Virus record (IMG/VR): IMGVR_UViG_3300010413_000014
Span: 11,795-75,794 of that record
Reading direction: 5' to 3' (one strand)
Source: a virus
DNA: 64,000 nucleotides
The position numbers and the translations under genes are program-made. Below the pieces are notes generated by a model. That model searched no databases, had not been told where the DNA came from, and was given only the letters and a program-made list of their open reading frames with translations. Positions 40,205 through 49,322 of this stretch are shown here, one piece after another (position 1 is the first letter of the stretch; each line of letters opens with the position of its first letter).

Positions 40205-40424
40205 CGCTCACATGTACATATTCGTCTGCCTGAAATTTCCTAGCAAGTGTTCGAATACTGTTCACATACTTAGCGATGATAGCGCGATCGCCGACCAACA
40301 TCAAATAACATTTACGTTGTTTGAATCCAGGTTGATGTTGCTGAGAGCGATTGTCAAACTCAGTGATGTAGCGAGCCCTTCTGATAATAGATCTCGCTTT
40401 CTCAATTTTTTGATCCTTTTCCAT
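40137..40424 (-). CDS. Hypothetical protein
   Basis: ORF in an operon. Confidence 0.5.
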   Translation of the reverse strand: MEKDQKIEKARSIIRRARYITEFDNRSQQHQPGFKQRKCYLMLVGDRAIIAKYVNSIRTLARKFQADEYVHVSVDQCNKLQNYRKFWSGHEISYK

Positions 40425-40677
40425 GATACCACTTTTTGGGTTTATATTTCAATTGGATAATGGCAGTTTTGAGGATTGCTTCAGGAAAGAAGATTTTATC
40501 ACTCTTTCTCTTTATCGAGAGATGTCTCAGCTCATCATTAGCCGCTCTTTCGATCCATTCTAACGTTGAATCAAGTTGATCTTGATTGTAGATCTGTTTC
40601 GATCCTTTGAAGGTCCCGTAATCAGTTTGAATTACGAATCTTGATACGTACAATTTTTCTTTACTCATCTTGAACAA
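40402..40677 (-). CDS. Hypothetical protein
   Basis: ORF in an operon. Confidence 0.5.
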   Translation of the reverse strand: MFKMSKEKLYVSRFVIQTDYGTFKGSKQIYNQDQLDSTLEWIERAANDELRHLSIKRKSDKIFFPEAILKTAIIQLKYKPKKWYHGKGSKN

Positions 40678-40795
40678 TTAAATAATGAATACCATTCTTA
40701 GTTTTCTTGACCTCTCCGACGATATGATTAATATCCATCTTTAGATCATGATACATGTATTGCAAGGTCACTTGCATAAAAATCTTTTTCATAGT

Positions 40796-40996
40796 CTATT
40801 TGATTTGTTTATAGATCACTTGTTTTGCAGAATCAACAATTCTCATCGATTCGACAGTATTATCTAATAAACTTTCCGCCATCTCTTCACATTCCTTAAG
40901 ATTGCTGAGCGGTTCATTTATATCCCAAGCCTTCATGAAGGATGGATCGCCATTATCTTTAAATCTGATTTGAAGCCACCATCTAAATTGTTTCAT
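40796..40996 (-). CDS. Hypothetical protein
   Basis: Tightly packed ORF. Confidence 0.55.
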   Translation of the reverse strand: MKQFRWWLQIRFKDNGDPSFMKAWDINEPLSNLKECEEMAESLLDNTVESMRIVDSAKQVIYKQIK

Positions 40997-40999
40997 AGT

Positions 41000-41200
41000 C
41001 TATTTTATAAAATGATACTGTCTTACTCTTGCTCCTGCTGAATTAGTCAACTTCAAAGATATACATCCCATGCTGCGACCAATATTGCGATACTGTTCAT
41101 AGAGGTTCATCGCGTTTTGAATTCCTTCCAACTCAATCGTTTCGATTGAACAGTCGCAATGTGTGATAAATAGTCTGAATGATTCATTTTCGCCTCTCAT
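41000..41200 (-). CDS. Hypothetical early protein
   Basis: Follows promoter 41228. Confidence 0.55.
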   Translation of the reverse strand: MRGENESFRLFITHCDCSIETIELEGIQNAMNLYEQYRNIGRSMGCISLKLTNSAGARVRQYHFIK

Positions 41201-41317
41201 GATACTGTGTTTTTATTTGTTTGTGATCTAAAGATACAGCTTTGACTAATTCGAGGCAACAAAAAGAGGAAAAATCTTTTCAGAAATTTCCTCTTTTCAT
41301 CATTCTTTTAAAAACGA

Positions 41318-42196
41318 CTACAATAGATTGTCCAATTGACTTTCAAGATCACCTGAAGATACCTCAGCGTCACCTAAATCTGATTCCTCAGATTCTTCGG
41401 GAAATGGAAGCTCTTCCATCTGGCGAACCAAATCATACCACTCAAGCACCTGCTCTTTGTTAAGCTTCGGCATCTCTTTATCCGGGTAATTTTCTTTGAT
41501 GTAGGCCTGGATCTCCTTTTTCATTTTCAATGGAGTGATCTGAGTAGCTTCCTTCTCTTTTGGAGCTTCAGTTTTTGTCGGCTTTTGAGCTTTGGTTGAA
41601 GCTGGAGGTGTATCACTCTCTTCTTTTTTAAATTGAGAGCAAATCTCATTCTTCACACGCTTCGCCAGGTGTTCCGCAATATCTTCAAAATATCGCTTCA
41701 TCTCCTTTTTGCTCGCAGTACCGAACCAAGCAACCTCTTTGTTCAATTCACTCGGAAACTCAACTTCTCTCAGATCAATCTTTTTACCATCCTGACGACA
41801 CGAAAGACCAGCTTTTCGCTTTTTGGATTTATCGATGAAGTCGTACGGCTTTATGAAGAGTGGTTTGGAGAGATCTGCGAGCAATAGAGCTCTCATCAAA
41901 TCAGTTGCATTCCGGTTCTCAACTGAGATTGATATGATATCGCGATCACCTTCATCTTCAATCGTCACATTAATGCTTTCACCATACTCATCATGAGTTC
42001 TGAATTGAACATCAACAACCATCCCCATTAAATCTGCGTAACGGGCACCTTTTCTTACTGCAGTACTCTTATCTGCTTTAGTGTACTCTTGTTCTGCATA
42101 ATCTGGATCAGATTCATCTGCTTTACGATTCCAGAAGAAACCACCAGCTACACCCAAGAATGTACCATTGTTGTCATTAACACTACCTTTTGCCAT
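41318..42196 (-). CDS. Probable ssDNA-binding protein
   Basis: Beta-rich N-domain, linker, acidic C-tail; in the recombination/replication cluster. Confidence 0.45.
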   Translation of the reverse strand: MAKGSVNDNNGTFLGVAGGFFWNRKADESDPDYAEQEYTKADKSTAVRKGARYADLMGMVVDVQFRTHDEYGESINVTIEDEGDRDIISISVENRNATDLMRALLLADLSKPLFIKPYDFIDKSKKRKAGLSCRQDGKKIDLREVEFPSELNKEVAWFGTASKKEMKRYFEDIAEHLAKRVKNEICSQFKKEESDTPPASTKAQKPTKTEAPKEKEATQITPLKMKKEIQAYIKENYPDKEMPKLNKEQVLEWYDLVRQMEELPFPEESEESDLGDAEVSSGDLESQLDNLL

Positions 42197-42239
42197 AATA
42201 TAATTTTAATTGATTATTGATTGGAAAATTACGCTTATT

Positions 42240-42521
42240 TTATCGTGCAAGCAACACCTCTCGCAATTCTTTCAAAGTATTCGCTGAAACCTCTTGATAT
42301 CTCTCAAGGAATCCATCCAAATCTTGAACACTCTCATTGTCCGAAAGTCTCTTTTCAATGATGCGCTGCACACATCTCTCTAAAGAAACCCCATAAGCAA
42401 TAGATCTTTCAAGTATCTTACCCTTCATCTTCTCTCCTTGCATTACAGTTGTCGAGAAGAGATTGAATTGACCTGACTGTTCACACACTTTAATAATAAA
42501 TCCGTTTAGCTTGATCGTCAT
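42240..42521 (-). CDS. Hypothetical protein
   Basis: ORF in an operon. Confidence 0.55.
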   Translation of the reverse strand: MTIKLNGFIIKVCEQSGQFNLFSTTVMQGEKMKGKILERSIAYGVSLERCVQRIIEKRLSDNESVQDLDGFLERYQEVSANTLKELREVLLAR

Positions 42522-43084
42522 TACTTCTTGATTAAGATTCCGTTTATTTTTCCTTCAATTAACTCCGCCACAAATTCCTCAGGAGTAACTCCACTGGTCA
42601 GTCCATTCAACTTTCGACACTTATCTTGAGTTGACCAGTGCAATGATGTCAATGCTCCAACATTCCGCTCAGCTTTGATTGTAGCTTTCTTTAATTTAAT
42701 CCATTCGGGATCTGCTTCAAAGCAGGTTTCTAATGCTTTTTCAGAGGACTTAACCTTAACCTCCTCACCACCTACCTTTATGATGTAGCATCCGTTATTG
42801 GCTGGGTTAGCTGCCTCTTTTCGACGATCAGCTCTAAATTCAGCTTCGTAGATTTTCAGCTCTAATTTAGCGTCGGCAAGGATCTTTTCAACCTCAGCCT
42901 TCAATAACCCTATTCGATTTGCAGATGCAGATGCTGTGACAGCCTCTCCAAAAAGATTAGAGGTATTAATGGTTGTCAACTCGTCAACATTGATTGTTGA
43001 ATCGATATTGTCATGCTCGAGAGCTATCGGCTGATCGCCGATGTGAATTGTGTATTTCATACGTTTAGTGATTATATATTCCAA
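42521..43084 (-). CDS. Possible UvsY-like recombination mediator
   Basis: Helical; size, SEKALE...DPEW pattern and context near RecA/SSB. Confidence 0.4.
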   Translation of the reverse strand: MEYIITKRMKYTIHIGDQPIALEHDNIDSTINVDELTTINTSNLFGEAVTASASANRIGLLKAEVEKILADAKLELKIYEAEFRADRRKEAANPANNGCYIIKVGGEEVKVKSSEKALETCFEADPEWIKLKKATIKAERNVGALTSLHWSTQDKCRKLNGLTSGVTPEEFVAELIEGKINGILIKK

Positions 43085-43278
43085 ATTTTATTCTTAGACA
43101 TAATCCAACCAGATCTCAAATAATATAGAGTAGATCCATCTTCAGAAATATAATGTTCTGATCCTTTCTCTGATATAAAGCGAGTAGCATAAGGTTGCTT
43201 CATATAAATTTCTTTAGCAAGTTTTGCGGAGATTTTCTTTCCTACAAATGATCCGTTTTTAGTCTCTATCGTTTTCAT
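43072..43278 (-). CDS. Hypothetical early protein
   Basis: Follows promoter 43302. Confidence 0.6.
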   Translation of the reverse strand: MKTIETKNGSFVGKKISAKLAKEIYMKQPYATRFISEKGSEHYISEDGSTLYYLRSGWIMSKNKIWNI

Positions 43279-43484
43279 ATCCTTGTGTTTTTAATTATGA
43301 TCTAAAGATACGGCCAAAGTACATATGATGCAACAGTTAGATAAAAATATATGTGACAATTGCTAAAGAAATCACTCCAAGTATCGATATAACTCCAATT
43401 AATACAAGGAATAGTGATTGAGGATATATGCGATCAGGTATAATTTCATGTGTTATACTTTTCTTTATACCTGATCACATATAA

Positions 43485-44543
43485 TTACTTCGTATCTCTC
43501 CATGATTCAAAGTACACACTGCGCGGAAAATCTTTCACTGGAGGCATCCCCTTATAGCGAAAGTGGCGCCCAATATACTTCTCCTTATTCTGCAGCAGCT
43601 CTCGTTTGGCTTCATTGTCGAATCCACTCAAACCAACCGGAAAAGTACCAACCTCTTCATATTGTACCAGGAATCCTTTTGCTAATCCAGATGGAATTCG
43701 ATCTGCCTTCTTTTTCGAGGTTACCGATCGACCAAGTTCATTGGTAGTGCGCTCTACATCATCCTTCACCATATCACCTTCCAATACATCAAGAATCACA
43801 CCATCATACTCAATTGAGTCATCTTTCATTTTTAGTATGGTTCCTACATTATTCGAATTGCGACCAAACTTGTACTGATGGTCTTTATGAACGAGTACAA
43901 GACCTTCATAACCAAGCTCCAAAGCATACTCATAAAGATCCATTAACTCCTGTCGATTCTTAACGTGATGGATTTGCGGAAAGGTAATAAAGCGCTTCAA
44001 ATCTTCATCAGCTTGAGAGATACGTCGCATTATTTCAAAGATACGATCCTCGAAGCGAACCATATCAGGACGATCTAATATCAATCCGTCAAACAACCAA
44101 AATTTCAAATCTTCGTGAAATGTTGTGAGCCATTCTACTGAGCGTCCTGGAAAGAGGTCACTTCCTTTTGCTTTAGCTTTTGTCCATTTTACGACTTCTT
44201 TATCGATTGTTACATCTTCACACTTCCAGAAGCGCATGATCTCATTGAACTTCATTTCGTGTGAGTAAAATTCTCCGTCGGCTGTGATATTCAATTGAGC
44301 ACATAGGTCAGTGAGAGGTTGGAATCGATCGATGATCAATTTGCTCTGTGGTAGCTTCAAAGATCTTCCTAAAACTTGTTGCTTTAGCAATTGTAAGCGA
44401 GCACCATCCTTCTTAAAGAAGATCATATAATTTTCGATCCCATTAGCTACTGCAATATCAGCAGCAGCTTCAGCAGAATTCTCCGTCACCTTCTTATCGA
44501 AGTTATCGATGAGATCCGGTTTGAATTTTGTTAAATCAATCAT
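43485..44543 (-). CDS. ATP-dependent DNA ligase
   Basis: Motif I KKDGAR, DGEFY, FWLFD, YEGLVL, LKMK. Confidence 0.88.
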   Translation of the reverse strand: MIDLTKFKPDLIDNFDKKVTENSAEAAADIAVANGIENYMIFFKKDGARLQLLKQQVLGRSLKLPQSKLIIDRFQPLTDLCAQLNITADGEFYSHEMKFNEIMRFWKCEDVTIDKEVVKWTKAKAKGSDLFPGRSVEWLTTFHEDLKFWLFDGLILDRPDMVRFEDRIFEIMRRISQADEDLKRFITFPQIHHVKNRQELMDLYEYALELGYEGLVLVHKDHQYKFGRNSNNVGTILKMKDDSIEYDGVILDVLEGDMVKDDVERTTNELGRSVTSKKKADRIPSGLAKGFLVQYEEVGTFPVGLSGFDNEAKRELLQNKEKYIGRHFRYKGMPPVKDFPRSVYFESWRDTK

Positions 44544-44559
44544 TCTAGTTTATTTAAGA

Positions 44560-44796
44560 TTATCTAATGTATTTTAAGCCAGCTTTCATCAAACGACCCA
44601 TATCAGCCAAACATACAACCCAAACATAACCATCATCTCCTTTGATCATTGCTCTACATCTTTGACGATTCATATAGTCACGAGCACTTTCTTCTCTCGA
44701 GAAACGAGTTGGAGTTCTTTTCAAACCATACTGTTCTTTGATTTGATATTCTCTTGACATTTCTGATTTGATCTGTTGTGCTGTTATCGTTTTCAT
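44560..44796 (-). CDS. Hypothetical early protein
   Basis: Follows promoter 44829. Confidence 0.6.
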   Translation of the reverse strand: MKTITAQQIKSEMSREYQIKEQYGLKRTPTRFSREESARDYMNRQRCRAMIKGDDGYVWVVCLADMGRLMKAGLKYIR

Positions 44797-44903
44797 AACT
44801 TTGTGTTTTTATCTGTTATTATTATACCCTAAAGATACGATCAAAAGTGGTACCAAGCAACAGCTGATCGATAAAAGTCACTTTTATATCAAAAAATTTA
44901 ATC

Positions 44904-45647
44904 TTATTTCTTTAAGTTTTTAAGTGCGTTATACGCTGGCTGCAAATCTTCTTCAGTATGAATCGCTCCTCCAGTATTCATACCTAGATACCACCTAATA
45001 ACATCCTTTGGATCTTCGAGATCGTTCACATTAAAATAAATATCCAGGTTTTCGCGATCACTCCAAGTTAGATCTGAATAGTTTGCTGCAGCAAACACCT
45101 CAAACTCACCCTTCATGAAGGAGATGATGGCATTTAGTCGTTGCTTCCCATCAACTAAAACCATTGGCTCATCAGCGTTACCTTTTCCCCAACCAGGAGC
45201 ATTAAAATAAATCTCACGACCAGTAGTTCCACCTGATAATAAGAATTCGATATAAGCAATCTTTTGCATATCACTCCAAATATACCCTCTTTGAAAATCA
45301 GGGTCCATATTAAGATTCCATTGTTCCTTATATCTATCTAAATTAGAGATAATCCTTCGATGCTCTATGATGACTCGATAATAACTTTGTCGTTGAACGA
45401 AAGCAAAATCTTGCACTCTGAAGATTGGTGTACGCTCATCTATTTCAAGAAAGACATTTTTCGTCTCAAAGTAGTTGATAATTGTATCCACATACTTATC
45501 TAAAACCGAAATCTCAATCGGATTACTATATTGATGCCAAGTGAATCCGATCTCTTTCTTAAATTTCAGAGCTCGTCTATCGATTTGCTCTTGTATTTTA
45601 GGAGCTGATTCGGTATTAAAGATTAATCTCGTTGCTTTTGTTTTCAT
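44904..45647 (-). CDS. DUF262 (ParB/Srx-fold) protein
   Basis: PDFQRGYIWS, LVDGKQRL, MNTGG. Confidence 0.8.
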   Translation of the reverse strand: MKTKATRLIFNTESAPKIQEQIDRRALKFKKEIGFTWHQYSNPIEISVLDKYVDTIINYFETKNVFLEIDERTPIFRVQDFAFVQRQSYYRVIIEHRRIISNLDRYKEQWNLNMDPDFQRGYIWSDMQKIAYIEFLLSGGTTGREIYFNAPGWGKGNADEPMVLVDGKQRLNAIISFMKGEFEVFAAANYSDLTWSDRENLDIYFNVNDLEDPKDVIRWYLGMNTGGAIHTEEDLQPAYNALKNLKK

Positions 45648-45793
45648 AACTTTGTGTTTGAAATTATGTTCTAAAGATAGCTCTAATTAAAGCATAAGAC
45701 AACATCTAGTAAAAGAAAAGAGCAGAAATCCAAAAATTTCTGCTCTTCTAAAAATTAACCGGGAATAATTTATTTTGCTGATTCTTCAGCAGG

Positions 45794-46312
45794 CTACTCA
45801 TCTGCCTTCTCCTGATTAAGAGATTCGGGAAGATACCTCTTCATTACAGTTTGAACTTGGGAATAATAAACCTTCATCTCTTTTTGGATTTCACCAGGCT
45901 TTTGACCTTTTTTCAGGCGCTCAAGGATTTCAGCGGATTTGGACCCCTCACGCGGAACATCTTGAGCCACTCGAACCTTTTCTTTTGGTGATTGAGGTTC
46001 TTTAGATATCTTCTTTTCTTTGGGTACCTTGGGCTCTTTTTCTTTCTTGGGTTGCTTAGGTGTCTTTTCAAACTTCTCTTTCTTATTGGAAGGGATCTCG
46101 GTACTTCCAAGCTTCTCAAGTAATTCGTGAATCTGGTCACCAATCTCTGATATTCGCTCATCAGCTTGCTCCTGCGTTGCTTGCAATTCTTCACCTTCGT
46201 GAGACTCTGAGTATTCAGCTATCTCTTTTTCAATGATACTCATCTCTGCCTGGAGATCTTTAATTTGGGTTTTAATTTTAGCCTTGGCTGCTACACTTAA
46301 CATAATAATCAA
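45794..46312 (-). CDS. Coiled-coil early protein with shared C-terminal HTH tag
   Basis: Ends EGSKSAEILERLKKGQKPGEIQKEMKVYYSQVQTVMKRYL. Confidence 0.7.
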   Translation of the reverse strand: MIIMLSVAAKAKIKTQIKDLQAEMSIIEKEIAEYSESHEGEELQATQEQADERISEIGDQIHELLEKLGSTEIPSNKKEKFEKTPKQPKKEKEPKVPKEKKISKEPQSPKEKVRVAQDVPREGSKSAEILERLKKGQKPGEIQKEMKVYYSQVQTVMKRYLPESLNQEKADE

Positions 46313-46394
46313 TTTTAAATGAATACTATTTTATTAATATTTCAGAGCTCTAAAAATAAGTGACAAATTTCGCTTTTGCAACAGTTGAGATAAA

Positions 46395-48440
46395 TTATTT
46401 CAAGATTTTGATTCTCGATGATTTATTCAAGGTGAATTGATTGCCTTTTGCCCACTTTACATCATAAGCAAGCTCACCATTGAAAAGGATGATTGATCCT
46501 TCACAATCTTTCAGATCCTTCTTGAATCGAGCATACTCTTCAGACCATATCATTACATTAAAAAGATTATAATTGGCTTCGATTATCAATCGCATGAACT
46601 TACCTTTGGCGCTCGATCTCTCGACAGCTTGAACAATATAACCTCCAAAACTTCTTATTATTCGATTATGTTGAGGTTGCGATGCTATTTCGATTGAGCA
46701 AAATTCAGATGGAATATCAGTCAGCTCTTCGACCATTTGCTTGTAATCAATAAAAACTAATCCAGTTAATTCCTTTTGCTTCATTTGCCACCACCATCGT
46801 TCTTCCATTGAGCCTACAGTAAATTGATCGCGATCCGGTTTAGTAACCTTAACCTTTTTATATTCTCTGAATTGCTTTATGAGATTGTTTCGCTTTTCTT
46901 CTGCTCCTTCAATATTCATCAATCGATCAAATGCACCACAAGCTATTAATGCTTCATATGTTTGCTTCTTGACTGCTGATCCCTTATAATTGAAACGATC
47001 AATAAATTCAATCAGATCTTTGAAGGGACCGTTCTCATTGCGCTCTTCGATTATTTGCTTTGCTGTTTCGAGACCAATGCCTTTGATAGAAGATAGTCCC
47101 CAATAGATTGTTTTCGATTGTAGATCAGAAGACATCTCCATATCTGATCCGTTGATATCAGCTGATACAATCGATATCTCTTTAGTGTTGAAGATTTCAG
47201 AAAGAAATTTCAATCCTTTTTCTTTCTTAGCATAATCAAGAGCTACAGTCCAATATTCAATCGGATAATGCACCTTCAAATACTGTGAGGCATATCCAGT
47301 CTTTGCGTAAGCTGCAGCGTGACTACGGTTAAAAGAATACTTAGCAAATTCAAGCAATACATTCCAGATTTCATTGAAGGTTTCTTGTGGACATCCACGA
47401 GATAAAAATCCTTCTTCAACTCGATCTCTCCACGCTTTCAACACCTTCTCCTTCTTTTTACCCATCGCTCGACGCACATCATCTGCCTCCATATCTGACA
47501 ATCCTCCGATCTGCGAGCAAACCTGCATTATCTGTTCCTGATAACACAAAATTCCATATGTATCTTTCGTGATATTCTCCATGCCCCACAGATACTCAAC
47601 AGGTCGTCCTTCATTCTTACATTTTACATAGATCTCGTGATAATGATTCTCCATTGGACCAGGACGACACAATGCAACTGCAGCAATCAAATCTTCAATT
47701 GACTTCGGCTTTAGTGACCGAGTATATCCTACTTGAGTATCTGTTCCGAATTGGAATACATCTCCACTCCATCCATTTGAAAAGTAACGATACACTTCAG
47801 GATCTTCAGGAAGGTTGTAAATATCGGGTTTTTCTTTACCATTCTTCTCAATCAGATTCAAGATATCAGTAAATTTATCCAACTGCTTGATCCCAAGGAT
47901 ATCCTCCTTTAAGAATCCTGCATCATCCATCTCACCTCCACCCCACTCACTAACAATTAAAGGAGTGCTTTGTCCTTTAGGTCGAACCTTTCGAAGTGGA
48001 CACCACTCTTCACCTTTCAAAGTATCAGGAAAGATGATCATCGCACATGAGTGTATTGATCGGGTTTTTGGTTGCTCTAGAATTGAAGGCATCATACGAA
48101 AGATTTGAGATTGTTGCTTGATATAGCGTTTCAATCTCGGCTCTTTCGCAGCTCTTTTAAAGAGATCTTTCATAGAGATATCTTCATTATCAATGATCGC
48201 AGTCATTAAATTAGCCATTGCGAAATCATTGTCGAACTGCTTATCGAGATCTTTCAATACACCCTTCAATTGTAGTGTTGTAAAGGTTCCAACACTACAT
48301 ACTTGAGTTTCGCCAAATCTACGTTCCATATAAGCCTTAACTGCTGGACGATCGCGTCCTGCAAAATCAGTATCAACGTCTGGCAATGTACCGTTAATCA
48401 GCTTTTTACCGACAACTTGTTTGATTTCTAATACTTTCAT
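46395..48440 (-). CDS. dnaE: DNA polymerase III alpha, C-terminal half (split)
   Basis: LPDVDTDF, KEDILG, VFQF, RPGPM, YQEQIM, YSFNRSHA..Y, GLSSIKGIG, OB fold. Confidence 0.92.
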   Translation of the reverse strand: MKVLEIKQVVGKKLINGTLPDVDTDFAGRDRPAVKAYMERRFGETQVCSVGTFTTLQLKGVLKDLDKQFDNDFAMANLMTAIIDNEDISMKDLFKRAAKEPRLKRYIKQQSQIFRMMPSILEQPKTRSIHSCAMIIFPDTLKGEEWCPLRKVRPKGQSTPLIVSEWGGGEMDDAGFLKEDILGIKQLDKFTDILNLIEKNGKEKPDIYNLPEDPEVYRYFSNGWSGDVFQFGTDTQVGYTRSLKPKSIEDLIAAVALCRPGPMENHYHEIYVKCKNEGRPVEYLWGMENITKDTYGILCYQEQIMQVCSQIGGLSDMEADDVRRAMGKKKEKVLKAWRDRVEEGFLSRGCPQETFNEIWNVLLEFAKYSFNRSHAAAYAKTGYASQYLKVHYPIEYWTVALDYAKKEKGLKFLSEIFNTKEISIVSADINGSDMEMSSDLQSKTIYWGLSSIKGIGLETAKQIIEERNENGPFKDLIEFIDRFNYKGSAVKKQTYEALIACGAFDRLMNIEGAEEKRNNLIKQFREYKKVKVTKPDRDQFTVGSMEERWWWQMKQKELTGLVFIDYKQMVEELTDIPSEFCSIEIASQPQHNRIIRSFGGYIVQAVERSSAKGKFMRLIIEANYNLFNVMIWSEEYARFKKDLKDCEGSIILFNGELAYDVKWAKGNQFTLNKSSRIKILK

Positions 48441-49321
48441 CTATAATCAACGTTAATATAGTCTAATACAGCTCCACAACCTAATTTATTGATACAGTAA
48501 TTATAGAGTGCGGGGTGAGTGATCTTCATTTTTTGAAATTTATTTACTTCTGTCTCTAAATGAATTCCGAACATACAAAAAATACATCCCGTTCGATCAT
48601 ATCCTTTATCGTATATTGTAGAGTATTGAATACTAAATTTATCAATATATTCCCAAATATCCTCTTCCTTCCAAATTGCTAAAGGATTACTCACCGCCCT
48701 CTTTCCTTCAAATGAATTACACCCCTGTCTCATCCAAGTAGATCGTCGCAAAAAAGATTCTGAAGCCATTGTTCCTATAAAAGGTTTTAGTCCTGTTTCT
48801 TTTTCATATTTTTTAGCTGGATCTTTTTTGAGATATTGGCAACATTTGTGTGATATAGGAAAAGGGGCTTGAATTAAATATTGCCACTTTTTCGATATTC
48901 TGCCTAAAGAAGAGTTATTAACTCCACTTAAACGTAATTCTCTTAATTTATCGCTATGTGTTGTGCGATACTCATAAATAAATTGAGATTGTTCTTTTGA
49001 GATGACTGGATAACCATACTTTTCAATAACTTGTTTGAAGTTTTTTTTAGGCTTTAACCAAGTAACATTATCAATAGTTTTGATAAATTCTCTAATCTCA
49101 GGAAACTCTAATCCTGTATCTACAAATACTGCTGGAATATCAGGATTAATTCTCCTAACTAAATCCAATAAAACCAAACTATCTTTCCCTCCGGAAAAGG
49201 AGATATACATTTGATCTTCAAAGTGCGATAACGCTGCACTGATAACATTTAAAGAATGAGCTACTTTATATTCCAAAGATTCATCTTGAAGCTCTTTTAA
49301 TAATTTTAAGTTTCGATCCAT
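48437..49321 (-). CDS. PAPS-reductase-family (PP-loop, Fe-S) protein
   Basis: SFSGGKDS, VFVDTGLEFPE, CC..LKK.P, RTGCIFC. Confidence 0.85.
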   Translation of the reverse strand: MDRNLKLLKELQDESLEYKVAHSLNVISAALSHFEDQMYISFSGGKDSLVLLDLVRRINPDIPAVFVDTGLEFPEIREFIKTIDNVTWLKPKKNFKQVIEKYGYPVISKEQSQFIYEYRTTHSDKLRELRLSGVNNSSLGRISKKWQYLIQAPFPISHKCCQYLKKDPAKKYEKETGLKPFIGTMASESFLRRSTWMRQGCNSFEGKRAVSNPLAIWKEEDIWEYIDKFSIQYSTIYDKGYDRTGCIFCMFGIHLETEVNKFQKMKITHPALYNYCINKLGCGAVLDYINVDYR

Positions 49322-49322
49322 T

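Noticed and set aside
43337-43483. ATG-TGA followed by a 45-codon hydrophobic frame as another readthrough gene
   Set aside because: The ATGTGA lies in one arm of a 19-bp inverted repeat (43425-43443/43465-43483), so it may be coincidental; the evidence is too weak to call.
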